Shown in pieces: positions 7,535 through 16,591 of a stretch of 23,540 bases of DNA (positions are counted from its first letter, which is position 1; each line of letters begins with the position of its first letter). The position numbers and the translations under genes are program-made. The notes beneath the pieces were generated by a model. It worked only from the letters and a program-made list of their open reading frames with translations, did no database searches and was not told where the DNA came from. The DNA comes from an uncultured bacterium (lineage in GTDB: Bacteria > Abyssobacteria > SURF-5): assembly GCA_964510165.1 (NCBI GenBank), contig CAZEBC010000046.1, forward strand, positions 1-23,540, in the 5' to 3' direction.

Positions 7535-8406
7535 GCATTCTGGTTGACAAGAATACACGTCTCCTCGTGCAGGGGATCACCGGCAATGAGGGCGCGTTCC
7601 ACACCCGGCAATGCATCGAGTACGGAACGAATGTCGTCGCCGGGGTAACTCCCGGCAAGGGGGGGTCTAAGCTCGACAATGTCCCAGTATTCAACACGGT
7701 CGAGCAGGCAGTTGCGCAGACGGGCGCCAACGCCTCGATGATTTTTGTTCCTCCCGCCTTCGCGGCGGACGCCATCATGGAGGCAGCCGACGCGGGGGTC
7801 GCGCTCATCGTATGTATTACCGAGGGCATCCCGACCATTGACATGGTGCGCGTGAAGCGATATCTGCGAGGCCGGGCCACGAGGTTGGTCGGCCCGAATT
7901 GCCCGGGGGTTATCACGCCGGGCGAGTCGAAAGTGGGCATCATGCCGGGGTTTATCCACAAGCCGGGCCGTGTCGGCCTCATATCGAGGAGCGGCACGCT
8001 CACCTATGAGGCGGTGGACCAGTTGACCAGGCTGGGGATCGGACAGTCCACGTGCATCGGCATTGGCGGCGACCCCATCATTGGCAGCACATTTGTGGAC
8101 CTTCTGAAGCTGTTCCAGGAAGACAAGAACACGGATGTGGTGGTAATTATCGGCGAGATCGGGGGAACCGCCGAGGAACAGGCCGCGGAATTTGCCCGAG
8201 ACAACATGAGCAAGCCGATTATCAGCTTTATTGCGGGCAGAACCGCGCCCCCCGGAAAACGGATGGGACATGCCGGTGCAATAATAGCGGGCGGTAAGGG
8301 AACCGCTGCGGAGAAAATGGAGGCGATGAGGGCGGCCGGGGTGACGGTGTGCGAGAACCCGGCGAAGATTGGCGAGACGGTTCAGCGGGTGCTTAAAGGG
8401 AGTTGA
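7531..8406 (+). CDS. sucD: Succinyl-CoA synthetase alpha subunit
   Basis: [29 protein letters not shown] and RMGHAGA (phospho-His). ATGA overlap with sucC. Confidence 0.98.
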   Translation: MSILVDKNTRLLVQGITGNEGAFHTRQCIEYGTNVVAGVTPGKGGSKLDNVPVFNTVEQAVAQTGANASMIFVPPAFAADAIMEAADAGVALIVCITEGIPTIDMVRVKRYLRGRATRLVGPNCPGVITPGESKVGIMPGFIHKPGRVGLISRSGTLTYEAVDQLTRLGIGQSTCIGIGGDPIIGSTFVDLLKLFQEDKNTDVVVIIGEIGGTAEEQAAEFARDNMSKPIISFIAGRTAPPGKRMGHAGAIIAGGKGTAAEKMEAMRAAGVTVCENPAKIGETVQRVLKGS

Positions 8407-8411
8407 ACGAA

Positions 8412-8445
8412 CCCCTCACCCCAACCCTCTCCCACAGGGAGAGGG
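8412..8445 (+). repeat. boxC/REP-like palindromic repeat, copy 2
   Basis: CCCCTCACCCCAACCCTCTCCC-ACA-GGGAGAGGG, 5 nt after the sucD stop. Confidence 0.75.
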
Positions 8446-8518
8446 TGTATCTGTATTTTAGCCTCTCCCCTGGAAAGAGCAGAGGAATTGCGGGCAAGAA
8501 GCCTGTGCTACAACTCAA

Positions 8519-8550
8519 CCCCGTCCCTCAGGGAGAGGGCAGGGTGAGGG
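8519..8550 (-). repeat. boxC/REP-like palindromic repeat, copy 3 (inverted, overlapping the end of a CDS)
   Basis: Minus strand reads CCCTCACCCTGCCCTCTCCC-TGA-GGGACGGGG. Confidence 0.7.
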
Positions 8551-10180
8551 AACCGTACCGCCCTTCTATCTGTGCCGTCAGTTTTCCGGCGGCCGACGCC
8601 ATCACCTGCGGCAATTGTTCCAGCGATTGAAACCGTTCGCACGATACCGCGATTACCGCTCCGGAATCGACGTCCGCTGTCCATATATTGAGCACGTATT
8701 TTCCAGCATACGTGCCCAGCGCTCCGAAGGCGAGAAGGTCTGCGGACAGCGCGCTGGCGAGTTCCTTGACGCGAGTCGGGTCCGCCAACCGCTCGCTCGG
8801 TATATTCAAGCGGCGAGCAGCGTCCTGCCACTCGGGCCGGTTGATTGAGACCAGCCCCGCATGTCCTTCCAAGGATTTCCGCAACAGAGCCGGGCATGCG
8901 ACCGGCAATCCCGCCAGTTCTGTGGGACAATCCGTGACGGTGAAATCAGATACGAGTATTGTCAACGGCTTGCCCGTCTGGGATTGGGGTTTCTGCGGAG
9001 GCTTGGCAAGTCTCCGTTCAAGGCCACTCTGCGCGCGCGGGTCGCCCGCGAATATGGTCTGTGATTCATACTGTTCCACCAACGCGTCAACCAAAGGGTC
9101 GGCGGCGCCACTCGCCCTTATGCTCTCGGCGTATAAGGATGCTGCGGGATAGCTATTCAGTCTCCAGTTGAGGAAGAGCAGATTCGCGTTTACGTAAGGA
9201 TTAAGGGGCGCCGCTTCAAAGGCGCTCTTATACAGGCGAAGGGCAGCGTTCTGGTCGTCGCTCGCCTCTGCCGCTCTGGCAGCCATGTTCAAGGCCAAGG
9301 CCTTCTGCCATGTGAGGGAGAACCCGGCAATGGCCGCCTTTCCGAAGGAGGCGGATGCTGAGGCGCAATCCCCCTGCCGTGCTTTCACCAGTCCGCATAC
9401 GAGATTGGCAAACCCGTGGGAAGGCGCCTGCCCGCACTCGGCGAGCGCCTCGCCGTCCTTTCCTTCCCGATAATGGAAAAAGGCGAGGCCCGCATGGGCT
9501 TCGGTAGAAAGTTCAGTCTTCGCACCAGCCAGGTTTGTGAAACCTGCGACGGCGGATTCCGCATCTGCGCCGAGCAAGAGCGCATAATATCTGGCGATTG
9601 CCCTTTCGTGTTCCCATGTTTCGGGCAAGAGGTCGTAGATTCTTAATGCCGAGTCGGGGAGTCCCATAGACATGAACGCATCGCCCGCCCTGAAAAGCGC
9701 GTTCCCACTGTTTTCCAGCGGCGCCAGAATTGACGCGATAGTTCCTCCCGGACCTATGATGACACACGCCGGCAGTCTATTGCTCAGGCCGTACGTGTAC
9801 GTGACACCCTTGTCATCTGAAAGGACAAGGGGGTGGAGCGTATGGGGCAGGTGTTCCTTCAAAGTCTCGACATTGCCCCGCCCTATGCCCATTAGCGAGA
9901 AAGTGGCGGAACTGGCTGATGCAGCTTCACTCAGGCCGGACAAGATTTCTTCCCTCTCGGAGTCGAAGAAATACAGCAACAGCAACTGACCCTTGGCGGG
10001 CGGGGCAAACGTGACGAGGTCACCTGTGAGACTTGTCAAGGTGAAGGGAGGCGCCTTCGAGCCCGGCTCAAGTGCAGAGGCGGTGGATTCAAGCCAGGCA
10101 ATCAGAATGAGCGACAGGAGAGCGAGGTATTTACATCTTGGAGTTAAGGACGAGTGGCTCTTTGGAATGGATGGTTGCAC
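8528..10180 (-). CDS. Exported protein: redoxin (AhpC/TSA)-like domain, TPR-like repeats and a CsgG/TolB-N-like C-terminal domain
   Basis: Signal-like segment ending ASA, then LEPGSKAPPFTLTSLTG...LLLYFF and LSDDKGVTYTYG...PACVIIGPGG (redoxin fold). Ala-rich helical repeats follow. The C-terminal ILVSDF...ADLLAFGAL...WTADVDSGAVI fits CsgG/TolB-N-like domains. Start codon uncertain. Confidence 0.7.
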   Translation of the reverse strand: MQPSIPKSHSSLTPRCKYLALLSLILIAWLESTASALEPGSKAPPFTLTSLTGDLVTFAPPAKGQLLLLYFFDSEREEILSGLSEAASASSATFSLMGIGRGNVETLKEHLPHTLHPLVLSDDKGVTYTYGLSNRLPACVIIGPGGTIASILAPLENSGNALFRAGDAFMSMGLPDSALRIYDLLPETWEHERAIARYYALLLGADAESAVAGFTNLAGAKTELSTEAHAGLAFFHYREGKDGEALAECGQAPSHGFANLVCGLVKARQGDCASASASFGKAAIAGFSLTWQKALALNMAARAAEASDDQNAALRLYKSAFEAAPLNPYVNANLLFLNWRLNSYPAASLYAESIRASGAADPLVDALVEQYESQTIFAGDPRAQSGLERRLAKPPQKPQSQTGKPLTILVSDFTVTDCPTELAGLPVACPALLRKSLEGHAGLVSINRPEWQDAARRLNIPSERLADPTRVKELASALSADLLAFGALGTYAGKYVLNIWTADVDSGAVIAVSCERFQSLEQLPQVMASAAGKLTAQIEGRYGSLTLPSP

Positions 10181-10237
10181 TGGAAAGAGGGATTTTCCCC
10201 CGGCGTGTATGGTCCTTCCAAACTATTGAAAAAGCGG

Positions 10238-10311
<74 letters not shown>

Positions 10312-10405
10312 ACGATGCGGGAGAATCCCAAAAATGAAGATTGCGCCCAAACGCCCAGCGCAATCCCTTGTTTCCGGCGGGTTCCCGATAATTCTCCGTA
10401 CTTAA

Positions 10406-10434
10406 TGTATACCCGAAAAATGGGAAAAAGTCAA
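10406..10434 (-). promoter_or_regulatory. Putative promoter of tRNA-Asp
   Basis: Minus strand TTGACT (10434-10429), 17 bp spacer, TATACA (10411-10406). Confidence 0.4.
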
Positions 10435-10496
10435 GTGAATTCGAGAGAAAGGCTGGAGCGAATGAATTCGCACCTACAGGCAAGGTGGTCAGAGAA

Positions 10497-10525
10497 TTGA
10501 ATTTCCCAAGGATATGGAGTAGAAT
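10497..10525 (+). promoter_or_regulatory. Putative sigma70 promoter of aroA'-aroB'
   Basis: TTGAAT (10497-10502), 17 bp spacer, TAGAAT (10520-10525). Confidence 0.55.
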
Positions 10526-10589
10526 AGGCTCCATTCCCAACACGACCAAGGGAATTCAGCCTCGCTCCACTCACCGAAAGGATAATCGT

Positions 10590-11384
10590 ATGATCGGAAA
10601 GAAGATACGACTTGAGAGGATCATCAACCGAAACTCCGGCAGGACCGTGATTGTGCCGATGGATCACGGGACGACCATGGGCCCGATCGCGGGTCTGGTG
10701 GACATGAAGACCACCATTCAGAAGGTAGTCGAGGGCGGCGCGAACGCGATTCTCATGCACAAGGGGATCGTGGCGGCGGGCCATCGCGGGAGCGGCAAGG
10801 ACGTGGGCCTGATCGTGCATCTCTCAGCGAGCACGTCGTTGAGTCCTGATCCCAACACAAAGGTCATCGTGTGCACGGTTGAGGAAGCGGTCCGGCTGGG
10901 CGCCGATGCGGTCAGCATCCACATAAATCTTGGCGCAGAGCGGGACTCGGAGATGCTTGAGCTTTTCGGCGAGGTATCGAAATGCTGCTCGCAATGGGGG
11001 ATGCCGCTCGTCGCGATGATGTACACACGCGGCAAGAAGATAGAGAGCGAATACGACGTGAAGTATGTAAAACATGCCGCGCGGGTGGGCGCCGAGCTGG
11101 GCGCCGACATTGTAAAGTGCAATTACACCGGCAGTGTGGAGTCGTTTGTTGACGTGGTGCAGGGCTGCCCGGTTCCGGTCGTTATCGCCGGGGGCGAGAA
11201 GATGGAGACCGAGGCTCAGCTTCTCACCATGGTGGAGGATGCGCTGAAGGCGGGCGCGGCGGGGGTGTCGATCGGACGCAACGTGTTTCAACATAAGCAA
11301 CCTGAGGTGATCATTGCCGCTATCGGCAAGATCGTGCACGAAGGCATGACCGCCAAGGACGCAAAGAAACTTCTGGGGAAATAA
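10590..11384 (+). CDS. aroA': 2-amino-3,7-dideoxy-D-threo-hept-6-ulosonate (ADH) synthase, DhnA-type class I aldolase
   Basis: [39 protein letters not shown] (Schiff-base Lys), VVIAGG and GRNVFQH. Adjacent to DHQ synthase II. ATG at 10590 has an AAGGA RBS and lies downstream of the promoter. Confidence 0.88.
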   Translation: MIGKKIRLERIINRNSGRTVIVPMDHGTTMGPIAGLVDMKTTIQKVVEGGANAILMHKGIVAAGHRGSGKDVGLIVHLSASTSLSPDPNTKVIVCTVEEAVRLGADAVSIHINLGAERDSEMLELFGEVSKCCSQWGMPLVAMMYTRGKKIESEYDVKYVKHAARVGAELGADIVKCNYTGSVESFVDVVQGCPVPVVIAGGEKMETEAQLLTMVEDALKAGAAGVSIGRNVFQHKQPEVIIAAIGKIVHEGMTAKDAKKLLGK

Positions 11385-11387
11385 GCC

Positions 11388-12380
11388 ATGAAGAAGGTGT
11401 GGGTACACGCTGACCCATGGAATAAGGAGCTTGTGATACGCGCGCTGGAGTGTGGGGCCGACGCCGTGATTGTTCCGCGCGGGTTCGCGGCGAAGGTCAA
11501 GGAACTCGGCGTCATTCCCACGGTTTCCGAGGATGGGGATATACGGCTTGGGGAGGACGTGATCGTCTTTGAGATACGCGGGAAAGAGGACGAGCAGAAG
11601 GCCGCGCGAATTCCAAAGAAGAAGCGGCTCATCCTGCGAATGAAGGATTGGACAATCATCCCGCTCGAAAACCTCATCGCGCAAAGGGAGGGCCTGTTTG
11701 TCGAGGTGAGGGATTCCGAGATGGCGCGCACCGCGGTGCAGATACTGGAGAAGGGCGTTGACGGCGTGGTGCTTCGCACAGAGGACCCCAATGAGGTCGG
11801 GAAGACGGCGAACATTGTCCACGGTATCCTTCCCAAGCTCGAGATGGAGACCGCCAAGGTTATCGAAATGAAGGTGCTCGGCATGGGGGACCGGGTGTGC
11901 ATCGACACGTGCAGCCAGATGAGGCCCGGCCAGGGAATGCTTATCGGAAACGCCAGCGACGCATTTTTCCTCGTGCAATCGGAATCGGAAGACAACCCCT
12001 ACGTCGCGGCCAGACCCTTCCGCGTCAATGCGGGCGCGGTCCATGCCTATATCCTCGGTCCCGGCGGGAGAACCAATTACCTGTCCGAACTTGAGATCGG
12101 ACAGGAGGTGATGGTGGTGGACCATAAAGGTTCGACGCAGATATCCAATATAGGCCGCTGCAAGATCGAGAGACGCCCGCTGATGCTAGTGGTCGCCGAG
12201 GTCGGCGGCAGAAGAGTTTCGACCATCCTCCAGAACGCGGAAACCATCCGGCTCGTCCAGCCCGGCGGCAAATCGGTTTCCGTCGCATCGCTCCAGAAAG
12301 GAACGGAACTGCTCGTCCATCGCGAAGCGGGCGGTCGGCACTTCGGCATGAAGATCGAAGAGACGCTGCAGGAGAAATAG
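11388..12380 (+). CDS. aroB': 3-dehydroquinate synthase II (archaeal type)
   Basis: DWTIIPLENLIA, GDRVCIDTCS, RPFRVNAGAVHAY, YLSEL, KIERRPL, LQNAETIRL and GRHFGM. Confidence 0.95.
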   Translation: MKKVWVHADPWNKELVIRALECGADAVIVPRGFAAKVKELGVIPTVSEDGDIRLGEDVIVFEIRGKEDEQKAARIPKKKRLILRMKDWTIIPLENLIAQREGLFVEVRDSEMARTAVQILEKGVDGVVLRTEDPNEVGKTANIVHGILPKLEMETAKVIEMKVLGMGDRVCIDTCSQMRPGQGMLIGNASDAFFLVQSESEDNPYVAARPFRVNAGAVHAYILGPGGRTNYLSELEIGQEVMVVDHKGSTQISNIGRCKIERRPLMLVVAEVGGRRVSTILQNAETIRLVQPGGKSVSVASLQKGTELLVHREAGGRHFGMKIEETLQEK

Positions 12381-12445
12381 AGCAGAGCATAGTGCCAGTG
12401 TGGTGGCCCTGCGCCGAAAGTATTCTCAAACGTCAGACGCCAAAG

Positions 12446-12484
12446 GACACCAAGGAAGTCCCAAAGCTTCCCGGTGTCTTTTTT
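12446..12484 (+). terminator. Intrinsic terminator after aroB'
   Basis: GACACC-AA-GGAAG...CTTCC-C-GGTGTC stem followed by TTTTTT. Confidence 0.65.
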
Positions 12485-12495
12485 GTGCGTTGAAA

Positions 12496-12524
12496 TTGAC
12501 CATGGAAGCAGCACAAGCTAGAAT
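12496..12524 (+). promoter_or_regulatory. Sigma70 promoter of the glycosyltransferase pair
   Basis: TTGACC (12496-12501), 17 bp spacer, TAGAAT (12519-12524), directly after the terminator. Confidence 0.65.
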
Positions 12525-12569
12525 GGCGTGGGACTTTCTCAACTGTTTCAGAGCTTTCTGTGTTTGCAG

Positions 12570-14870
12570 ATGAATTGGTCGAGAGTCAAAACCGTCATAA
12601 GAGAGAGCGCGCCGGTCGGCCTTCTGGTGTTCACGACCCTTGTTTTTTGGCGATGGTGTATTTTGAACAAGTTCGTCATTGCCGGGCCGGACATCTACAC
12701 GACCGACCTTTATTCGCAGTTTTATCCGAAGTTCATATATGGAGCTCAGCGATTGGCTTCGGGTGACATACCTCTTTGGAATCCGCAAGAGTTTTGCGGC
12801 GCGCCTTTTCTTGCCACCTTGCACGCCGAGGTCTTTTATCCACCCAAGCATATTCTCTTCTCGGTCTTCACACCGCCCGTGGCGATCCATCTTTTCAACG
12901 CGCTCCATGTCCTCATGGCGAGCCTGTTTGCATATCTGTTCTTTCGCGCAACCCAGGTGTCAAGACTGAGTTCGCTTGTCGCCTCGCTCATATGGGCGTT
13001 TTCAGTCCCCCTGATGTTCGAGGCAATTTATGATTCGGTTCGTCTGGCAACGTTATCATGGTTCCCCTTAACCCTCCTGCTTCTTGAGTTGCTAATGAAA
13101 AGGGGCCAAGCGATTTGGAGCGTTCTGCTGGGGATAAGCCTCGCTTTTCAGTTTCTGGCGGGGTATCCAACCGTACTGATTCCCTGCATTGCCTCACTCT
13201 TCATCTATTACGCGGTATCGTTGCTCGGCATGCGGATATCGCCGGAAGGATTTGAAAGACGGCAGTTTTACAGGTCTCATACCTTGCTGCTATTCTCGGC
13301 GTGCCTATGGTTTTCTTTGGTGGCTGTCCAATTCCTTCCGTTCTATGAACTGCTCGGAGAAAGTCATCGAGCGGGCGGGATCGCCAGCGTATCCCGATTT
13401 GACGTGAAGTTTCTGAGTCCGCTGTCTCTCTTCTCGCAGTCCGGTGAGCCTCAACCGAATCCTCTCTTTATGGGATGTGCCGTGTTTCTTGTCTCGCTTT
13501 ATGGCGTCATTTTCTCCACAAACAGCCTAAAGCGATTTCTCGTTCTGGGGGGAACGTTTGCGGTACTGATGTCGCTTGGTCCGACCACACCCGTCGGGTC
13601 ACTTGTGCACAGATTTCCTCCCTTCAAGTATAGTCGCTATCCCTTCATGTGGGAGTATCTGTTTTTCTTCTTCGTGGGCGGATGCGCGGGACTGGGGCTG
13701 GACTACCTGAGGCGGGAAAGCGCACCCCTTAAAGGATTGGGCGCGGCGGGAAGACAGAGACTCTGGCGGAAAGAAAACATTTCCCTTCTCATGCTCGTGT
13801 CATATGCGCTCGTTTTCGCCCTTATCAGGCCGGACAAGACGGAAGCGATGCTTGTGACCGTAACACTTGCCGCGGTCCTGGGCCTTCTGCTCTTGAAAAA
13901 GCCGCTCCTCAAAGAAGCAATCGCTGTGGCTCTTGCCCTTCTCGTGGGGGGCATTTACTTGACAGTCGTCGTTCCGCCGGGGCAATTCATACGCTTTCCC
14001 ACGAAGGAGATGGACCAACTTGCCGCGCCGTCCAAGAATCCCGGCCTCTCCGAGATTTATAAGGGAGCGGCGCCCGGTCGCATATATTCGCACGACCTCC
14101 TCTGGGAATCCGAGCATCTTTTCTCCGGCATTCGTCTTGTAAACGGATACGACCGCGCGCTGAACATAGGCCGCATGAAGAAGATACTCCTGTTCTACGG
14201 ATATTCACGGAAATTTGTTGCTGACTGGTCTCGGTTCGTGAAAAGTCCCCTGTTTCTGGATTTGATGAGTGCGCAATTGATATTTGTGCCGCCTGACCAA
14301 CTGGAGCTTTTTGGCGTTGACGCGGAACGCGACTCCTTGCCCGTGGACGACAGCGGATACTACGGGGTCCGGAATAAGGGAGCATTGCCGAGGTGTTTTC
14401 TGGTGCATGATTCGCTCCCGCTTCAAAGTGGAGACGAGGTCTTCCAAAAACTGGTGAACAATGAGGTGGACCCCTCACGAGTGGTTCTGCTCGAGGAGAA
14501 CCTTCCGGGCGACGTTCTCCTGCAAGAGCCTCAAGAGATGGAGGCGCCGCCGAAAATCACTTCTGAGAAGCCTGAAGAGATTATTATCGAGGCGAATCCA
14601 CGGGGCGGGGCGTTTCTCGTGTTGAGCGACTCGTACTATCCCGGCTGGAAAGCTTACGACAACGGCGACGAACTGCACATCTACCGGGCAAACTATCTTT
14701 TCAGGGCCGTGTACCTGACACCCGGGCCGCACGTGATTCGCTTTTCATTTGAGCCGGCGAGCTTCATGTGGGGCGCGCGAATTTCGATAGCAGGGATGGT
14801 CGTCACGTGTGCAGGTTTGGCCTACTTGGCTTATCAGCGACTTCGGGGAACCGCCAGAGCAGAAACATGA
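12570..14870 (+). CDS. YfhO-family multi-pass membrane protein (GT-C-fold glycosyltransferase-like)
   Basis: DLYSQFYP, PLWNPQEFCGAPFLA, FYPP, many TM helices and C-terminal FLVLSDSYYPGWKAYDNG...RANYLFRAVYLTPGPHVIRFSFEP. The ORF is open from GTG 12528, but ATG 12570 is preferred because the predicted promoter abuts 12528. Confidence 0.85.
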   Translation: MNWSRVKTVIRESAPVGLLVFTTLVFWRWCILNKFVIAGPDIYTTDLYSQFYPKFIYGAQRLASGDIPLWNPQEFCGAPFLATLHAEVFYPPKHILFSVFTPPVAIHLFNALHVLMASLFAYLFFRATQVSRLSSLVASLIWAFSVPLMFEAIYDSVRLATLSWFPLTLLLLELLMKRGQAIWSVLLGISLAFQFLAGYPTVLIPCIASLFIYYAVSLLGMRISPEGFERRQFYRSHTLLLFSACLWFSLVAVQFLPFYELLGESHRAGGIASVSRFDVKFLSPLSLFSQSGEPQPNPLFMGCAVFLVSLYGVIFSTNSLKRFLVLGGTFAVLMSLGPTTPVGSLVHRFPPFKYSRYPFMWEYLFFFFVGGCAGLGLDYLRRESAPLKGLGAAGRQRLWRKENISLLMLVSYALVFALIRPDKTEAMLVTVTLAAVLGLLLLKKPLLKEAIAVALALLVGGIYLTVVVPPGQFIRFPTKEMDQLAAPSKNPGLSEIYKGAAPGRIYSHDLLWESEHLFSGIRLVNGYDRALNIGRMKKILLFYGYSRKFVADWSRFVKSPLFLDLMSAQLIFVPPDQLELFGVDAERDSLPVDDSGYYGVRNKGALPRCFLVHDSLPLQSGDEVFQKLVNNEVDPSRVVLLEENLPGDVLLQEPQEMEAPPKITSEKPEEIIIEANPRGGAFLVLSDSYYPGWKAYDNGDELHIYRANYLFRAVYLTPGPHVIRFSFEPASFMWGARISIAGMVVTCAGLAYLAYQRLRGTARAET

Positions 14871-16591
14871 CAACATCCAGGTCGAAGGCGGCGCTGGAGA
14901 AGATCGCGTGGGGCATTCCCCACTCGCGGATGGTGGCGGCGCTGCTTATCGTACACGCCCTGCTTGCGCTGGGGAGCATGCGGCATACATCGCTGACCTG
15001 GGATGAGCCGAGTTATATCGGAGTCGGTCGCCAATTCATTGAAACCCGAAATCCCGAGATCGTGGCGCTTCAGCTGCATCCGCCTCTTTCCTACTACCTC
15101 AACAGCCTTCCGCTGTTTTTCCTGGAGCTTGATAGGGCAAGATTCGCAAACGAGGACTACATCTACCATCATTATATCGGACCGTCGCTCGTCTTCAACT
15201 CGGGATACTCACCGGACACGATACTGTTTCTTGTACGTCTGCCGTTCGTTGTTGTGTCGGTCCTTTTGGGTTTGCTGATATGGGTCTGGTCGAAGCAAGT
15301 CTTTGGTGAGAGGGGAGGTACGCTCGCGCTTTTCTTCTATGCCCTCTCCCCCACTGTTCTTGCCCACTGTCGCCTTGCCACTGCCGACACACTCGTCGCA
15401 TTCACAATTACGCTGACTCTGTATTCTCTCTTCCGATGGCTGCAAGAGCGCAAATCCAAGTGGGTGCTCCTGACCGGTGGAGCGCTCGGTCTGGCGCTGC
15501 TTTCAAAGTTCTCGGCATTGATGCTGATTCCCATCATTCCTTTTGTCCTTGGGGGCGACTGGCTGAAGAAGGCCGACGATTCCGAAGGCCTATCGTTCAT
15601 CAATCGGCTTGTTGGCCTCTTTAGCGTGTTCGCGGTGGCCGCGATTGTGGTTTGGGCGGGCTATGGATTCCAAGTGATTACCCCGTTCATGCCTCATTGG
15701 CTGAAACCGGAAGCCGGAAGGCTCATAAGCGAGAAACCTTTCTGGGCGGCGGTTGATATGCTCGCGGGTCGCGGCGTGCGCGTACCGGTCTATTCGTACG
15801 TGCTGGGTATCTATACTCAATTGGCGGCGGCAAGGGGCTGGAAAGACAATTTTCTATTCGGCCATATTTCCTCGGGCGGCTGGTGGTATTTCTACTGGGC
15901 GGCCTTTCTCATAAAGACACCGCTGCCTTTCATAGCCTGTCTCGGAGCGGCGATCTTCATGAAGGGCGCGGGCGGAAGAAGCAGAGACGAACGTTTCTTG
16001 CTCCTCTCAATCGCACCGATGATTGTTTTCTTTTCGCTCCCCACAAGGATAAACATCGGCCTCAGATACATTCTGCCCTTGTGTCCCCTTTTTTTCATTT
16101 TTACTGGGAAAGCAGCGCGCGTCGAGTCGCGCAAATGGAAATGGACACTGGCCTTGTTGTGCCTTTGGTATGCCGGGGCGGCAGGCTGGGTCTATCCCCA
16201 TTATCTTGCGTATTTCAACGAATTGGTCGGCGGACCGGCGAATGGATACAAGTATCTGGTGGACTCAAATCTCGATTGGGGCCAAGGCCTTGGCGACCTG
16301 TCGCAGTATCTCAAGGAGGAGGGAATCCGGAACGCAAGAATCAAGTATTTCGGTCCTTCCGGAGTAATGGAACATTATGGTCTCAGAAACGCTGACTTAA
16401 ACGACTGCGAACCCTCCGCGGGGGTGTGGGTTGTCAGCGCGACCTATCTTCAGAACCTCTATCTGACCAATCGTCATTGTCACGACTGGCTGAGAGGCCT
16501 GAGGCCGAAGAAGATAATCGGCTACTCGATCTTTATATACGAAGTGTCCGGTGAAGATCTTACCCGAGGTATTCCTCGATCTTCTGGCTGA
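14867..16591 (+). CDS. ArnT/PMT-family (GT-C) phospholipid-carrier-dependent glycosyltransferase
   Basis: TWDEP (first-loop DE motif), HPPL, LATAD, LSKFS, GLRYILP, YFNEL and DSNLDWGQ. ATGA coupling to the upstream gene at 14867-14870. Confidence 0.85.
   Translation: MTTSRSKAALEKIAWGIPHSRMVAALLIVHALLALGSMRHTSLTWDEPSYIGVGRQFIETRNPEIVALQLHPPLSYYLNSLPLFFLELDRARFANEDYIYHHYIGPSLVFNSGYSPDTILFLVRLPFVVVSVLLGLLIWVWSKQVFGERGGTLALFFYALSPTVLAHCRLATADTLVAFTITLTLYSLFRWLQERKSKWVLLTGGALGLALLSKFSALMLIPIIPFVLGGDWLKKADDSEGLSFINRLVGLFSVFAVAAIVVWAGYGFQVITPFMPHWLKPEAGRLISEKPFWAAVDMLAGRGVRVPVYSYVLGIYTQLAAARGWKDNFLFGHISSGGWWYFYWAAFLIKTPLPFIACLGAAIFMKGAGGRSRDERFLLLSIAPMIVFFSLPTRINIGLRYILPLCPLFFIFTGKAARVESRKWKWTLALLCLWYAGAAGWVYPHYLAYFNELVGGPANGYKYLVDSNLDWGQGLGDLSQYLKEEGIRNARIKYFGPSGVMEHYGLRNADLNDCEPSAGVWVVSATYLQNLYLTNRHCHDWLRGLRPKKIIGYSIFIYEVSGEDLTRGIPRSSG

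Noticed and set aside
7111-8271. 386-aa minus-strand ORF
   Set aside because: Antisense shadow of sucCD.
8403-8630. 75-aa ORF coupled to the sucD stop
   Set aside because: Mostly a translation of the palindromic repeat (PLTPTLSHRER), and it overlaps the opposite-strand gene.
10485-10589. N-terminal extension of aroA' in the ORF track
   Set aside because: It covers the predicted promoter. The family-like N-terminus and RBS begin at 10590.
10824-12125. 433-aa minus-strand ORF starting MVHHHH
   Set aside because: Antisense shadow of aroA'/aroB'. The His run mirrors Val/Met codons.
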